Assembly: GCA_039804105.1 (NCBI GenBank)
Contig: JBDRZU010000001.1
Span: forward strand, 1,184,001-1,248,000
DNA: 64,000 nt
Source of the DNA: a candidate division WOR-3 bacterium
GTDB lineage: Bacteria > Hydrothermota > 32-111
Direction: 5' to 3'
Shown: piece after piece, positions 1 through 10,666 of the stretch
How the letters are laid out: each line of letters begins with the position of its first letter
How positions within the stretch are numbered: position 1 is the stretch's first letter
Program-made: the position numbers and the translations under genes
The notes under the pieces: model-generated
Seen by the model: the letters and a program-made list of their open reading frames with translations, nothing else
What the model was told of the DNA's origin: nothing
Database searches by the model: none

Positions 1-510
1 CAAAAAAATAGAAATTTTATCATCATCAATCTTTTCAGTATATTTAACATTTTCGGGATAAACTTTAAAAAATATTTTTTCGATATTCTCTGAAAAATAG
101 AGTGTTATAACACTATCCAGGGAAGAACTTCTTGTAATTTCAGGAGGAATGTTATCTTTTATTTTTTGACCTTTTACCTTTAGATTCAAAAAGTCCTTTT
201 TGTTATTGTTCAAATCTGTTAGAGAAAAGATGTAAACTCCCGAAATTTTTCTGTTAAAATCGTAATCAACAAGAATCGAATTTTTGTTTAAATAAAATTT
301 TTGTTTTAAAATTGTATCTTCATATTTTATCTGAATTGAATCAACTTTTGAAACCTCTTCTGAAAGATCTATTCTGATTTTACCACCTTCAAAAAAGTAG
401 ATGTTTTTAACCTCAGGTTTAATTCTATCAGGTGAAGGTGGTGGAAGCTTTTTTCCACATGAAACGAAAACAAAAAAAATTGTGAAAAAAAGAAAAAAAA
501 TTTTTTTCAC
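1..510 (-). CDS. Lipoprotein, probably with an Ig-like domain (partial, runs off window start)
   Basis: GTG at 510 reads MKKIFFLFFTIFFVFVSC-GKKLPPPSPD: signal peptide with lipobox Cys. Not in the ORF track because it is truncated. Confidence 0.6.
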   Translation of the reverse strand, partial: MKKIFFLFFTIFFVFVSCGKKLPPPSPDRIKPEVKNIYFFEGGKIRIDLSEEVSKVDSIQIKYEDTILKQKFYLNKNSILVDYDFNRKISGVYIFSLTDLNNNKKDFLNLKVKGQKIKDNIPPEITRSSSLDSVITLYFSENIEKIFFKVYPENVKYTEKIDDDKISIFL

Positions 511-516
511 TTAAAA

Positions 517-888
517 TTATTCTGTTTTTCCCTTTGCGTTTTTATCAAAAAGTTCCTGTTTTGACATTGAACAGGTTCCATCAAATATCACACCTTCTTC
601 AACTATAAGATATTTACAAACAAGATCTATTTTGACCCTTGCTGTTTTCTGAAGTTCAACTCGATTTTTAACGATTAGTTTTCCTTCAACTATACCACCT
701 ATAACAGCATCCTTTGTGTTTATCGTTCCATTCAAATTACCTGTTTTTCCAACTGTCAACATCTCAGAAACTGTTATCTCTCCATCAATATGTCCATCAA
801 CCCTGACAGAGCCCGGAACAAAAACTTTTCCTGAAATGTGTGTTCCCTCTCCTATAATGTTGTTTATTCCTGCACTGTTTTTCTCCAT
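517..888 (-). CDS. Bactofilin / polymer-forming cytoskeletal protein
   Basis: IIGEGTHISG..VRVDGHIDGEI..VGKTG..GVIFDGTC repeats; typical M23-bactofilin pairing. Confidence 0.85.
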   Translation of the reverse strand: MEKNSAGINNIIGEGTHISGKVFVPGSVRVDGHIDGEITVSEMLTVGKTGNLNGTINTKDAVIGGIVEGKLIVKNRVELQKTARVKIDLVCKYLIVEEGVIFDGTCSMSKQELFDKNAKGKTE

Positions 889-902
889 AAAAACTCCTTT
901 AT

Positions 903-1661
903 TTAGTTATTTAGATTTACAAATTGAATCGGATCATAGTAAACAGAATCCATCAAGATCTCATAATGCAGATGTGGTGCTGAAGATTTTCCAGTGTTTC
1001 CAACGGTTCCAACGATTTCACCTTTTTTTATCGTTTGTCCTTTTTTTACAAGTACCTTCTGAAGGTGTCCATAAAAGATTGAAAATTTATTGTTTTTTAT
1101 CTGAACAAAATTTCCAAAAACATCATCCCATCCTGTTCTTTCAACTGTTCCATTTATCGTTGAAACAACCATCGTTCCAAGATTGCATGCGATATCTATC
1201 GCAGGGTGATCCTTTGTAAAACTCCTTGAAACAACTCCTTCAACAGGATTTATATCAGGTTTCAACTCATCATATTCTCTCAATGAATCAACATTCACTA
1301 TTGTACTTTCAACTTTTGCTACAGAAATTTCTTTTGTGTGTGATTTTAAAATTTTGTTTTGAATATCTATACCTAAAAGTTCTCTGATCTTTTCATTCTT
1401 TTCATATAACTCTTTTATGTCAGATTTTAACTCCTCTACTTTTTTCATTTCATTTTCCATATATCTCATCTTCTTCTCAAAATTCCTTTTCTGCATAGCA
1501 TCATAGTATACTGTTGAAATAAAAGCAAATCCTGCAATTATACAAATTACAATGAATATCAAGACACCGGTTAAAATCTTGAACAGAGTTGTTGAAATCA
1601 AAAATTCTTTTTTGTCTTTTCCATCAGGACTTATGTAGATTAAGGTTATCTTTCTTTTCAA
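903..1661 (-). CDS. M23 family metallopeptidase with N-terminal TM and coiled coil
   Basis: HPAID, YGHL and GNTGKSSAPHLHYE motifs. Confidence 0.9.
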   Translation of the reverse strand: MKRKITLIYISPDGKDKKEFLISTTLFKILTGVLIFIVICIIAGFAFISTVYYDAMQKRNFEKKMRYMENEMKKVEELKSDIKELYEKNEKIRELLGIDIQNKILKSHTKEISVAKVESTIVNVDSLREYDELKPDINPVEGVVSRSFTKDHPAIDIACNLGTMVVSTINGTVERTGWDDVFGNFVQIKNNKFSIFYGHLQKVLVKKGQTIKKGEIVGTVGNTGKSSAPHLHYEILMDSVYYDPIQFVNLNN

Positions 1662-1664
1662 TTT

Positions 1665-2672
1665 CTAAAAGCCCCTTTTTGATAAATCTGTTTTCAAAAT
1701 CTCTCTTATAAGTTTTACACTGTTTTCAACATCATCCATATCACACATTTCCGCTTGAGAGTGAATATATCTTGTTGGCACAGAGACAATTCCTGTTAAT
1801 ACACCCTCTTTGTTCGTCTGGATCATCATTCCATCTGTTGTTCCACCTTTCAAAATTTCAAGTTGATATGGAATCTTATTTTTCTTTGCAACATCAACCA
1901 TAAAATCGATAACAAGTTTTCTAACAACCATTCCACTATCAAGAACTTTTATCGCAGGGCCCTCTCCAAGTTTAACATCCATAATGTATGATTCAGGGGT
2001 ATCACCTGTGCCCGTGACATCAACTGCTATAGCAAAATCTGGTGAAACAGAGAACGCTGATGTTTTAGCACCTCTTAAACCAACCTCTTCCTGTGTTGTG
2101 AAAACATAATAAATATCGTTATCGGTTTCAAAATCATCGAGTGCAAGTTGGAGTAAAATTGCACATCCAATTCTATCATCGAGTGCCTTTGTTGAAACTC
2201 GTTTCCCAAGATCAACAAATGTTGGTTTCATTGCACCAAGAAGTCCAACCTGAACTTTCTTTTCTGCATCCTTTTTATCCTTTGCACCTATATCTATATA
2301 CATTTCATCGATCTTTGGAATATTCTGCCAGTTGAAGTTTTTGTTTTCATATCCGATAACACCTTCAACTCCGTTCACAAAAACAACATGGTTTTCAATT
2401 ATATTGTGAGGAAAAAGTCCACCAACAACAGCAAATCTCAAGAATCCATTTTTGTCTATATGTTTCACTATAAAACCGATTTCATCCATATGTGCAGCAA
2501 GCATTATTTTTTTACCTTTTCCTTTTTTTCTGACGATCAGGTTTCCTAAAGCATCCTTCTTTATCTCAAGATTCTTTTTTCCTTTTAAACTTTTTTCAAT
2601 GTAATCAACAACCGGTTCCTCATACGAGGATGGACCAATAATGCTTGTTAATTCTTTCACCAAATTTTTCAT
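1665..2672 (-). CDS. M42 family aminopeptidase
   Basis: AAHMDEIG, KALDDRIG, QEEVGLRGA, RYIHS. Confidence 0.92.
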   Translation of the reverse strand: MKNLVKELTSIIGPSSYEEPVVDYIEKSLKGKKNLEIKKDALGNLIVRKKGKGKKIMLAAHMDEIGFIVKHIDKNGFLRFAVVGGLFPHNIIENHVVFVNGVEGVIGYENKNFNWQNIPKIDEMYIDIGAKDKKDAEKKVQVGLLGAMKPTFVDLGKRVSTKALDDRIGCAILLQLALDDFETDNDIYYVFTTQEEVGLRGAKTSAFSVSPDFAIAVDVTGTGDTPESYIMDVKLGEGPAIKVLDSGMVVRKLVIDFMVDVAKKNKIPYQLEILKGGTTDGMMIQTNKEGVLTGIVSVPTRYIHSQAEMCDMDDVENSVKLIREILKTDLSKRGF

Positions 2673-2680
2673 TTTTACCC

Positions 2681-3685
2681 CTATTTTAATTTGTTTAAAA
2701 GTATTTTTGTTAAATCTATCATCGATTGATAATCCCTTAAATCAGCAAAAGAAACTGGAGAATGTATGTATCTTGAGGGAACAGCAAAAACTATCGTTCT
2801 CACTCCTTCTTTTGATCTGTGTATTTCTCCTCCGTCTGTCTTGCCGATCATTGGTTGTTTGAATTGATATTTGATCTTGTTCTCTTTTGCATACTCAACA
2901 CTCTTTTTTAAAAGATCTTTATCAACAAAAAGAGATCTATCAGAAATCGTTATAACAACACCATCTCCCATTTTTGGAAAATCAGGTTCATCCTTTGAGT
3001 GCGGCATATCAGCAGCGGATGTTCCTTCAAGCACTATCGCATAATCAGAAGGAATGTTGTATGCTGCAACTTTTGATCCTCTCAATCCAACCTCTTCTTG
3101 AACAAAGAAACATCCATAAAGATCGTTTTCATATCTATCTTTTAAAATTTCAATGAGTGCTCCACAGCCCAATCTATCATCAAAAGATTTTCCTTTGATA
3201 ATATTTCCTCTTTTTTCAAATTTTGTGTCAAAAACAGCATAATCACCAACAGAAACATATTTTTCTGCATCCTTTTTATCAAGCGCTCCAATATCAATAA
3301 AAAGAGAATCAACATCGGGTATGTTGTTGTAATCTTTCCTTTGAAGATGTATTGGTTTATAACAAATTATGCCTTTTATTTTGTCCTTTCCAATCAAAAA
3401 ATTTTTTCCTATCAAAACTCTTTTATCTATACTTCCAGCAGGTAAAAATCTTAACATTCCATTTTCCTCTATCGATTTTATCATAAAACCGACTTCATCC
3501 ATATGTGCACCGATCAGAATCTTTTTGCCATTATTATTTTTACCTTTTTTATAAGCAACGATGTTTCCCATCTTATCGATCTTCAAAGAATCAACATAAT
3601 CTTTTATAGTTTCAACTATAAAATCTCTAATCTCATTTTCGTTTCCAGAGGGTCCAAAACCTTCACTTAAATTTTTTAAAATCAT
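2681..3685 (-). CDS. M42 family aminopeptidase
   Basis: GAHMDEVG, KSFDDRLG, QEEVGLRG, RYIHS. Confidence 0.92.
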   Translation of the reverse strand: MILKNLSEGFGPSGNENEIRDFIVETIKDYVDSLKIDKMGNIVAYKKGKNNNGKKILIGAHMDEVGFMIKSIEENGMLRFLPAGSIDKRVLIGKNFLIGKDKIKGIICYKPIHLQRKDYNNIPDVDSLFIDIGALDKKDAEKYVSVGDYAVFDTKFEKRGNIIKGKSFDDRLGCGALIEILKDRYENDLYGCFFVQEEVGLRGSKVAAYNIPSDYAIVLEGTSAADMPHSKDEPDFPKMGDGVVITISDRSLFVDKDLLKKSVEYAKENKIKYQFKQPMIGKTDGGEIHRSKEGVRTIVFAVPSRYIHSPVSFADLRDYQSMIDLTKILLNKLK

Positions 3686-3695
3686 AATATCTCCC

Positions 3696-4736
3696 TCATT
3701 TAATTATTTTTTCACCATACTTTTCAAAATCAACTTCAGAAACAAATATTGAAAGCAGTTTTGAAATTTTATCTATGGTTTTTAGGTTAACAATTTCCCT
3801 TGGAGAATGCATATTTTTAATAGGCAGAGAAAGCAGTATCGTTTTTATGCCACCTCTTGCTGTTTGAACCATATAAGCATCAGTTCCAGAATGTTGTGGA
3901 ACTGGTTCGATTTCATATTTAATATTTTCACGCTTTACAAGTTCTATAATATAATCACAAAGTTGAGAACATATATGAGCACCTCTGGCAATTCCTATCG
4001 CATCATAAGATGCTCCAGTTTCAACTCCTGGCTGCTTTGCAAAAGTCACATCAACAACAACAGCAATATCTGGCTGGATCGAATAAGCAGCAGTCAAGCT
4101 TCCAGCCATAGTTGTCTCTTCTTGGGCATTCAACACAAAATATAGGTCGGGAATATTTTTTAAATTTTTAATGTGGTTTAAAAGGTTAATAATTGCTGCA
4201 GCAGAACCCCTGTTATCTATAGATTTACAACAAACAAAATCATTCTTCAATTCTGTGAATTCACTTTTAATCAAAACTCTATCCCCAATCTTAAAATATT
4301 TTTTTAGTTCTGCATTTTTCATCGCAAGATCGACATATAAGTCATCATATTTCAACAACTTATCACTTTCACCACTTTTTTGAAGATGTGGTGGAGTTGC
4401 TCCGATAATACCAGATACAACTTTTTCTCCAAAAACTGTTACCTCCTGTCCCAACAAAACTTTCTCATCATATCCACCAACAGAGGTAAATCTTAAATAA
4501 TCTCCATCAATTTTTGTAACTATAAGACCTATTTCGTCGTTATGTGTAAAAAATCCAATTTTTCCAGTTCGATCACCTTTTCTGAAAATTATTATGTTTC
4601 CCATCTTATCAAGTGAAATTGAAAGATTTTTTTCATCTTCAAAAATCTTTTTCACATTTTCAAAACTTTTCTCTTCCATTCCAGAAGGTCCAAATGATTC
4701 TGTTAAAATTTTCAAAACTTCTTTTAAATCTTTCAT
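3696..4736 (-). CDS. M42 family aminopeptidase (divergent)
   Basis: THNDEIG, KSIDNRG, QEET, NMHS. Confidence 0.85.
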   Translation of the reverse strand: MKDLKEVLKILTESFGPSGMEEKSFENVKKIFEDEKNLSISLDKMGNIIIFRKGDRTGKIGFFTHNDEIGLIVTKIDGDYLRFTSVGGYDEKVLLGQEVTVFGEKVVSGIIGATPPHLQKSGESDKLLKYDDLYVDLAMKNAELKKYFKIGDRVLIKSEFTELKNDFVCCKSIDNRGSAAAIINLLNHIKNLKNIPDLYFVLNAQEETTMAGSLTAAYSIQPDIAVVVDVTFAKQPGVETGASYDAIGIARGAHICSQLCDYIIELVKRENIKYEIEPVPQHSGTDAYMVQTARGGIKTILLSLPIKNMHSPREIVNLKTIDKISKLLSIFVSEVDFEKYGEKIIK

Positions 4737-4744
4737 TATTTCTC

Positions 4745-5581
4745 CTAATCAAAATTTTTCAAACCCAATAAATTTAGAAGTTTTCTGAAATCCTCATCGT
4801 TGTAAAATTCTAAATTTATACTACCTTTGCCCTTTCTATATTTAACAATAACCTTTCTTGATAATTTTTCCGAAAGTTTATTTTCAAGATCCTTTAGATG
4901 AACAGATTTCTTCTTTTCATGTGTTTTTATATGTTTCTCTTCACCAGAAGATAAAAGTTTTTCAAGATCTCGAACCGAAAGATCCTCTCTATAAACTCTT
5001 TCAGCAAGATGTTTTCTTCTTAATGGTTCCTTTATTGACAACAAAACTTTTGCATGTCCAAAACTTATTTTGTTTTCTTTTAAAAGTTCCTTTATACTAT
5101 CCTCAAGTTCAAGAACTCTCAAAATATTTGTGATATGTGCTCTCGACTTACCAACTTTTTTTGAGATCTCTTCGTGTGTAAGGTTAAACTTTTCAGCAAG
5201 TTCCTTGTATGCCTCTGCTTCTTCAACGACATTCAAATCTTCTCTCTGAACATTTTCGATCAAAGCCCATTCAACCATTTTGTCATTTGATAATTCTTTT
5301 ACTATGGCGGGTATATCCTTCATCCCCAAAAGTTTACATGCTCTAAACCTTCTTTCTCCAGTAACTATTTCATAATGATCACCAACCCTTCTGACAGTGA
5401 TCGGTTGCAGAACTCCATTTTCCTTTATAGATTCTGCAAGTTCTTTTAATTCTTCATCTTTAAAAACTTTTCTTGGTTGAAACGGGTTTGGTTTAATATT
5501 TACTATCGGTATGTTTCGAACTTCCCTCTGTTCTGTTCCCGCAATTATCGATTCAAGACCTCGACCTAACGCTTTTTTCAT
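4745..5581 (-). CDS. parB: Chromosome partitioning protein ParB/Spo0J
   Basis: LGRGL N-terminus, [27 protein letters not shown]. Confidence 0.96.
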   Translation of the reverse strand: MKKALGRGLESIIAGTEQREVRNIPIVNIKPNPFQPRKVFKDEELKELAESIKENGVLQPITVRRVGDHYEIVTGERRFRACKLLGMKDIPAIVKELSNDKMVEWALIENVQREDLNVVEEAEAYKELAEKFNLTHEEISKKVGKSRAHITNILRVLELEDSIKELLKENKISFGHAKVLLSIKEPLRRKHLAERVYREDLSVRDLEKLLSSGEEKHIKTHEKKKSVHLKDLENKLSEKLSRKVIVKYRKGKGSINLEFYNDEDFRKLLNLLGLKNFD

Positions 5582-6341
5582 CTTTCTCTATTATCTCCTT
5601 TGCAAGTTCAAGATATGCTTTTGAACCAGTTGAAACCGGATCAAATAGGATTATTGGTTTTCCAAAAGATGGTGCCTCTGCAAGTTTAACATTTCTTGGA
5701 ATATATGTTTTATATACAGCACTTTTAAAATAGTTCAAAACTTCATCCGCAACCTGACGAGCAAGAGTTAATCTATTGTCATACATCGTTATCAGAACCC
5801 CCTCGATTTCAAGAGCAGGGTTTAAAGATTGTCTGATGCTGTTTATGGTGTTAAGGAGTTTCGCAAGACCTTCAACAGCATAAAATTCCGCCTGAACCGG
5901 AATCAAAATAGATTTTGAGGCAACAAGAGCGTTTACAGTCAACATCTGTAAAGATGGAGGACAATCGATAAGAATATATTCATATCTGTTTTTTATCTTT
6001 TCAAGAACCTTCTTCAACATACTCTCTCTTTCCTCTATATCAACAAACTCAACATCTGTTGCTGCAAGAGATATATCTGAAGGAATGAGATCTAAAAACT
6101 CAAGATCCGTTTTTACTATTATATCTTCAACTGGAACTTTGTTTAAAAGCGAATCATAAATACTTTTTCCTAAAAAATTTTTATCATAATAACCTAAAGA
6201 CGATGTTGCGTTTGCCTGAGGATCTATATCAACAAGCAAAGTTTTTTTCTCAGCAACAGCAAGTGCTGCTCCTAAATTCACAGCAGTTGTCGTCTTTCCA
6301 ACACCACCTTTTTGATTCGCTATAGAAATAATCTTTGTCAT
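5553..6341 (-). CDS. parA: Chromosome partitioning ATPase ParA/Soj
   Basis: [10 protein letters not shown] deviant Walker A, DIDPQAN, DCPPSL, EAPSFG. Confidence 0.96.
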   Translation of the reverse strand: MTKIISIANQKGGVGKTTTAVNLGAALAVAEKKTLLVDIDPQANATSSLGYYDKNFLGKSIYDSLLNKVPVEDIIVKTDLEFLDLIPSDISLAATDVEFVDIEERESMLKKVLEKIKNRYEYILIDCPPSLQMLTVNALVASKSILIPVQAEFYAVEGLAKLLNTINSIRQSLNPALEIEGVLITMYDNRLTLARQVADEVLNYFKSAVYKTYIPRNVKLAEAPSFGKPIILFDPVSTGSKAYLELAKEIIEKDEKSVRSRS

Positions 6342-6395
6342 AGTTTGAAACTATAACACAATTTTTAAATTTTTCAATAGGTTTTTACAACAAAA

Positions 6396-6411
6396 TGTTC
6401 CACGTGGAACA
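6396..6411. promoter_or_regulatory. parS centromere-like site
   Basis: Perfect palindrome TGTTCCACGTGGAACA just upstream of parA, ~5.5 kb from oriC. Confidence 0.95.
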
Positions 6412-6414
6412 TTT

Positions 6415-6948
6415 TTAAAGTTTTATAAGAACTGGTTTATTTATTTTTTTCCAGTAAACGATATCGCCTTTAAAATTTTTATCTTTCATAAAAGTTTTAA
6501 GTTCTTCCTCTTTTAAAAACGCTCTTGATAAAACAAGATCAAAATCAGAAAAATTTATACTGTTAACATCGTCATTTTTTATCATAACATTTTTTAAACC
6601 AAGGGATTCTTTCACCTCTTTTAAAAAATAGCATTTTTTTTCTTTTATCTCAATAAGTGTAAAATTTTTTTCTTTAAAAACAATTGCAAGCGGTATTGCT
6701 GGAAATCCGTTTCCACTACCAATATCAACAATATTTTTATATTTGGGTTCACAAACAAAATTCAACGCTAAAAGAGAGTCCCTGAAATGTCTTTCAACGA
6801 TAATATCTATATCATTTTTTGAAATCAGGTTAACAGATTCGTTCCATTTCAACAGAAGGTCTAAATAAATGGCCATCTCTTGAAAATTTTTTTCAACTTT
6901 TAGTTCTCTTAAAAGTTTTTCTAACTGATTTAAAATAATAACTTGCAT
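6415..6948 (-). CDS. rsmG: 16S rRNA m7G527 methyltransferase (short form)
   Basis: KWNESVNL, RHFRDSL, DIGSGNGFP, SRAF; next to parA. Confidence 0.9.
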   Translation of the reverse strand: MQVIILNQLEKLLRELKVEKNFQEMAIYLDLLLKWNESVNLISKNDIDIIVERHFRDSLLALNFVCEPKYKNIVDIGSGNGFPAIPLAIVFKEKNFTLIEIKEKKCYFLKEVKESLGLKNVMIKNDDVNSINFSDFDLVLSRAFLKEEELKTFMKDKNFKGDIVYWKKINKPVLIKL

Positions 6949-6949
6949 A

Positions 6950-6978
6950 AAAATGTCAAAAAGTCAAGCACCGTCCCC
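6950..6978 (-). repeat. Dispersed 29-bp element, copy 1 (GGGGACGGTGCTTGACTTTTTGACATTTT)
   Basis: Identical to copies at 52875-52903 and 58772-58800; supplies the GDGA-stop of ORF 6964..7890. Confidence 0.95.
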
Positions 6979-7890
6979 GACATTAATTTCCTTTATCAGA
7001 TTGAGGGAGGTTTCGGTTCGTTTGGAGTAGAAAACCATCTTTTTTAAAAATTCTTGAAAATCTCTTTCATCATCTCCGAGAAATATTCCAACTGGTCCTT
7101 TTTTATCCTCTATCTGATAAATTCTTTCTTTCTTTGAAAGTTCTAAAAGTTTTTTGTTATCCTCTTTATCTCTTCCGATAAATCCAAGAGATTTTTCAAA
7201 TTTTATCAACCTGCAATGTTTTACCATTTTAAAATATCTTTCTTCCTTTACATCAAACTCTAATAGAATTTTTATCTTTTGAGAATATTCTTTATAAGTC
7301 AAAAGACATCCTCCAGAAGGAGATGAAAAATATTTTATGTTGTATTTCTTTGCAAGATCGAGTTGTATATCTCTTTTTCTTCCTTCAATTGAAAAAAATT
7401 TTTTATCTTTAAAAAATTCGTTCGTTTCAAATTTATCTTTTAAAATCTCTTCTGAAAGGGGTCTTACTAGAAGATCTTTTCTTTTCAAAAGTTTTTCTAT
7501 CTTTTTCAACCCTTGAAATGTTTGTGACATTGGCCTCTGATTTAAAACTTCTCCTGTTGAAACATATTTAAAATCATTTTCAATAGCAATATCTGTTGCT
7601 TTGTTTATCATAAACGCCTTACAATCTATGCATGGGTTCAAATTTTTTCCATAACCATAAATTGGTCTTTTCAAAATTTTTAAATACTCATCGAAAACAT
7701 TTTCGATAACAAGTTCTATATTGTTTTTATCTGCAATCTCTTTTGCTTTCTCAGATGAAAAAAATGGTGTTTCAAAATAAATAGTGAGAGGGTTGTGTCC
7801 CAATTCTTTTAAAATAAAATATGATATTATTGAATCAAGACCACCAGAAAAAAGGTGTACTCCATCGAAATTTTTATTGAGTTTCTTCAA
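6964..7890 (-). CDS. PP-loop tRNA thiolation-like protein (ThiI/MnmA-related)
   Basis: SGGLDS PP-loop, NPCIDC, TGEVLNQRPMSQ, GGCLLT. Confidence 0.8.
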   Translation of the reverse strand: MKKLNKNFDGVHLFSGGLDSIISYFILKELGHNPLTIYFETPFFSSEKAKEIADKNNIELVIENVFDEYLKILKRPIYGYGKNLNPCIDCKAFMINKATDIAIENDFKYVSTGEVLNQRPMSQTFQGLKKIEKLLKRKDLLVRPLSEEILKDKFETNEFFKDKKFFSIEGRKRDIQLDLAKKYNIKYFSSPSGGCLLTYKEYSQKIKILLEFDVKEERYFKMVKHCRLIKFEKSLGFIGRDKEDNKKLLELSKKERIYQIEDKKGPVGIFLGDDERDFQEFLKKMVFYSKRTETSLNLIKEINVGDGA

Positions 7891-8506
7891 TATCTATCGT
7901 TTTTTTTATAACAAGTTCAATTCTTCTGTTCTGCTTTTTTCCCTCTGCAGTTGAATTATCCGCAACAGGTCTTGAAGACCCATAAGCAACAGCGGAAAGT
8001 TTTTCATCTTTAACATTCAACGAATCTCGTAAAAATTTCAAAACATTTATCGCTCTGAAAGCAGAAAGTTCCCAATTTGTTGGAATAAGATTTTTCATTT
8101 TTGAACCTATTTTATCGTTATCAGTATGACCCTCAACTATAATTTCAACATCACCATCTTTCAAAAGAACTTCGGAAAATTTTTTCAAAAGTCCTCTTCC
8201 ATTTTTAGTCAATTCAAAACCACCAGGATTGAAAAGGTCATCCGAAAGGATTGGAATTCTTGTTTCTGTTTCTTTTTGTTCAGTGGATTTATTTTCAGCT
8301 TTTGGAGTGTTTATTGCAAGGATTAAACTATCCTTCTTAATATTTTCTTCTCTCAATTTGTTTAAATATTCTGTTAAGGTTTTATTTTCTTTTACAATTT
8401 CATCATATCTATCAACCGCAGGTTTAAACTTCTGGTTATAATAATAAAAAAATGAGAAAGAGAGAAAAATAATCACAAGTATAAGTAAAAAAACTAAAAA
8501 CCTCAT
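7874..8506 (-). CDS. OmpA/MotB-family peptidoglycan-binding membrane protein
   Basis: N-terminal TM; EGHTD, NWELSAFRA, YGSSRP, NRRIE. Confidence 0.88.
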   Translation of the reverse strand: MRFLVFLLILVIIFLSFSFFYYYNQKFKPAVDRYDEIVKENKTLTEYLNKLREENIKKDSLILAINTPKAENKSTEQKETETRIPILSDDLFNPGGFELTKNGRGLLKKFSEVLLKDGDVEIIVEGHTDNDKIGSKMKNLIPTNWELSAFRAINVLKFLRDSLNVKDEKLSAVAYGSSRPVADNSTAEGKKQNRRIELVIKKTIDIEETQ

Positions 8507-8514
8507 CTTTCCTC

Positions 8515-10638
8515 CTAAAATTCTGTTTGTTCCAGATCTTTGTAAACATCAAAGTCCTGTAATGGTTTGTATTCTGTAGAATGTTTTTCACAATATTTTG
8601 TTGGTTCTTTTCCCTTTTTATATATTTCCATTCGTGTATACTTACAATATTTTGCAGCTCTCATTCCCGTTTCTTTACAAACATTAACATATACAATATT
8701 TTTTGGTATATCAAATGCAGTCGAATCTTTATAAGAAACAAAAGGTTTCATAATTTCAGCCCAGATCGGTAAAGCAACAACTGCACCCGTAACCTTATTC
8801 GCTATAGTTTTCGGTTTGTCATATCCAACATAAACTCCTGCAGTATAGTCCTTTGTAAAACCTATAAACCATGCATTTGAATAATCATCCGTTGTTCCAG
8901 TTTTTCCTCCAACATGAACATTCATTTTGTAATATTTCAATCCAGCAGCGGTTCCCTCTCTAACAACACTTTCTAGCATATCCGTTATTATATAAGCATC
9001 ATCCTCTTCCATAACTTTTTTTTCAGGATGATCGTTTGTATAAATTATATTACCCTGTGCATCTTCAATATACCTAATAAGCGAAACTTCTCTATATATC
9101 CCTTTGTTTGGAAAAACAGAAAATGCTCGAACCATTTCAAGAAGTGTTACATCGTTACTTCCAAGAGCGATAGAAAGAACTGGTATCAAAGGAGATGTTA
9201 CTCCAAGTTTTCTTGCATGTTTTATAACTGTTTCAGGGCCAATATTCTTTATCAACCTTATTGCAGTAACATTTCTTGACAATGCAAGCGCTGTTCTTAA
9301 AGGAATGGGTCCCAAAAAATTTCCATCATAATTTCTTGGTTTATATTTTTGATCCGAACCATCATCAAGAACAACCGGAGTATCCATTATAATATCTCCA
9401 GGAAACATCCCATTTTCAACAGCAGCAGAGAACAGAAAGATTTTGAATATCGATCCCGGCTGTCTTCTTGCTTGATAAGCCCTGTTGAACTGAGAATGGT
9501 AAAAATCTCTTCCACCTATTAAAACTTTTACTTCTCCAGTTTTATTGTCCAACAACAAAAATCCACCCTGAAGATAATCTGTTTCTCGGTTTGCTGATGT
9601 ATCTTTTATTTGTGAAAGATTTTTTTCATACTTTTCTTTTGTATTTCTTAAATAATACATTTTTTCATAAGATTTCATCTTACTTTCAAAAACTTCTTCT
9701 GCATGCCTTTGCATATCACTGTTCAAAGAGGTATATATCTTTAAACCACCTTTATAAAGAGTGTTCATTCCAAACCTCTTGATAACCTCTTTTCTGACCT
9801 CTTCAATAAAATATCTTGCAAATTTACTTTTGTTGTTATTTGTGACTACAACGATCGATTCTGCAATTGCCTCTTCATACTCTTCTTTTGAGATCATCTT
9901 CTCTTTTAACATATTTTTTAAACATACAAGTTGCCTTACTTTTGCTCTATTATAATTATCCTTTGGATTATTAGCTTCAGGTCTCTGAGGAATTCCCGCA
10001 AGAAGAGCAGATTCAGCAAGAGTCAATTCTCTTGATGATTTCCCAAAATAATAATTTGAAGCAGCTTCGATACCATAATTTCCATTTCCATAGTTTATCT
10101 GATTGAAATACATTTCTAAAATTTCATCTTTTGAAAAATTCTTTTCAATCTTCAAAGTGATCAGAGCTTCCTTTATCTTCCTTGACCATGTTTTTTCCAT
10201 TCCAAGAAACATGTTTCTTGCAAGTTGTTGGGTTATGGTTGAAGCACCTGCAGCCTTCTTCATCATAAATAAATCTTTCAATAAAACAACCAATGTTCTT
10301 CCAACATTTATTCCCCAGTGTTTTCTAAACTGTTGATCTTCTAATGCAATAACTGCGTTAATCGTATATGGGTGTAACTCTCTTAACTTTATTGGAATTC
10401 TTCTCTCTATAAAAAATTCATCTACTATATTATTATTGTCATCATACACAATTGTAGCACTCGGAACATTGTAAAGCATCAAGTCAGTCATTGACGGCAA
10501 CTCTTTTTGAAGGTTTATAAAAATTGAGATTATCACACCAGTGAGTATAAATGTGAATGAAAAAACAATAAGACCTATAATAAAAATAATTCTGTTTATA
10601 TGTTTCTTTTTACTATTTTTACGATACAGTTCATTCAT
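8515..10638 (-). CDS. Class A penicillin-binding protein (PBP1A family)
   Basis: EDQQF, GASTITQQL, RKIKE glycosyltransferase motifs; SIFK, SRN, KTG transpeptidase motifs. Confidence 0.93.
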   Translation of the reverse strand: MNELYRKNSKKKHINRIIFIIGLIVFSFTFILTGVIISIFINLQKELPSMTDLMLYNVPSATIVYDDNNNIVDEFFIERRIPIKLRELHPYTINAVIALEDQQFRKHWGINVGRTLVVLLKDLFMMKKAAGASTITQQLARNMFLGMEKTWSRKIKEALITLKIEKNFSKDEILEMYFNQINYGNGNYGIEAASNYYFGKSSRELTLAESALLAGIPQRPEANNPKDNYNRAKVRQLVCLKNMLKEKMISKEEYEEAIAESIVVVTNNNKSKFARYFIEEVRKEVIKRFGMNTLYKGGLKIYTSLNSDMQRHAEEVFESKMKSYEKMYYLRNTKEKYEKNLSQIKDTSANRETDYLQGGFLLLDNKTGEVKVLIGGRDFYHSQFNRAYQARRQPGSIFKIFLFSAAVENGMFPGDIIMDTPVVLDDGSDQKYKPRNYDGNFLGPIPLRTALALSRNVTAIRLIKNIGPETVIKHARKLGVTSPLIPVLSIALGSNDVTLLEMVRAFSVFPNKGIYREVSLIRYIEDAQGNIIYTNDHPEKKVMEEDDAYIITDMLESVVREGTAAGLKYYKMNVHVGGKTGTTDDYSNAWFIGFTKDYTAGVYVGYDKPKTIANKVTGAVVALPIWAEIMKPFVSYKDSTAFDIPKNIVYVNVCKETGMRAAKYCKYTRMEIYKKGKEPTKYCEKHSTEYKPLQDFDVYKDLEQTEF

Positions 10639-10666
10639 CTGGAATTCTTCTTAAAAATTTGTTAAT

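Noticed and set aside
6964..6978. Shared C-terminal GDGA as a protein degron or sorting signal
   Set aside because: Identity extends into non-coding DNA and the third copy is untranslated, so this is a DNA element.
7874..8506. Flagellar stator MotB
   Set aside because: No motA partner and no conserved TM Asp motif; called generic OmpA-like.
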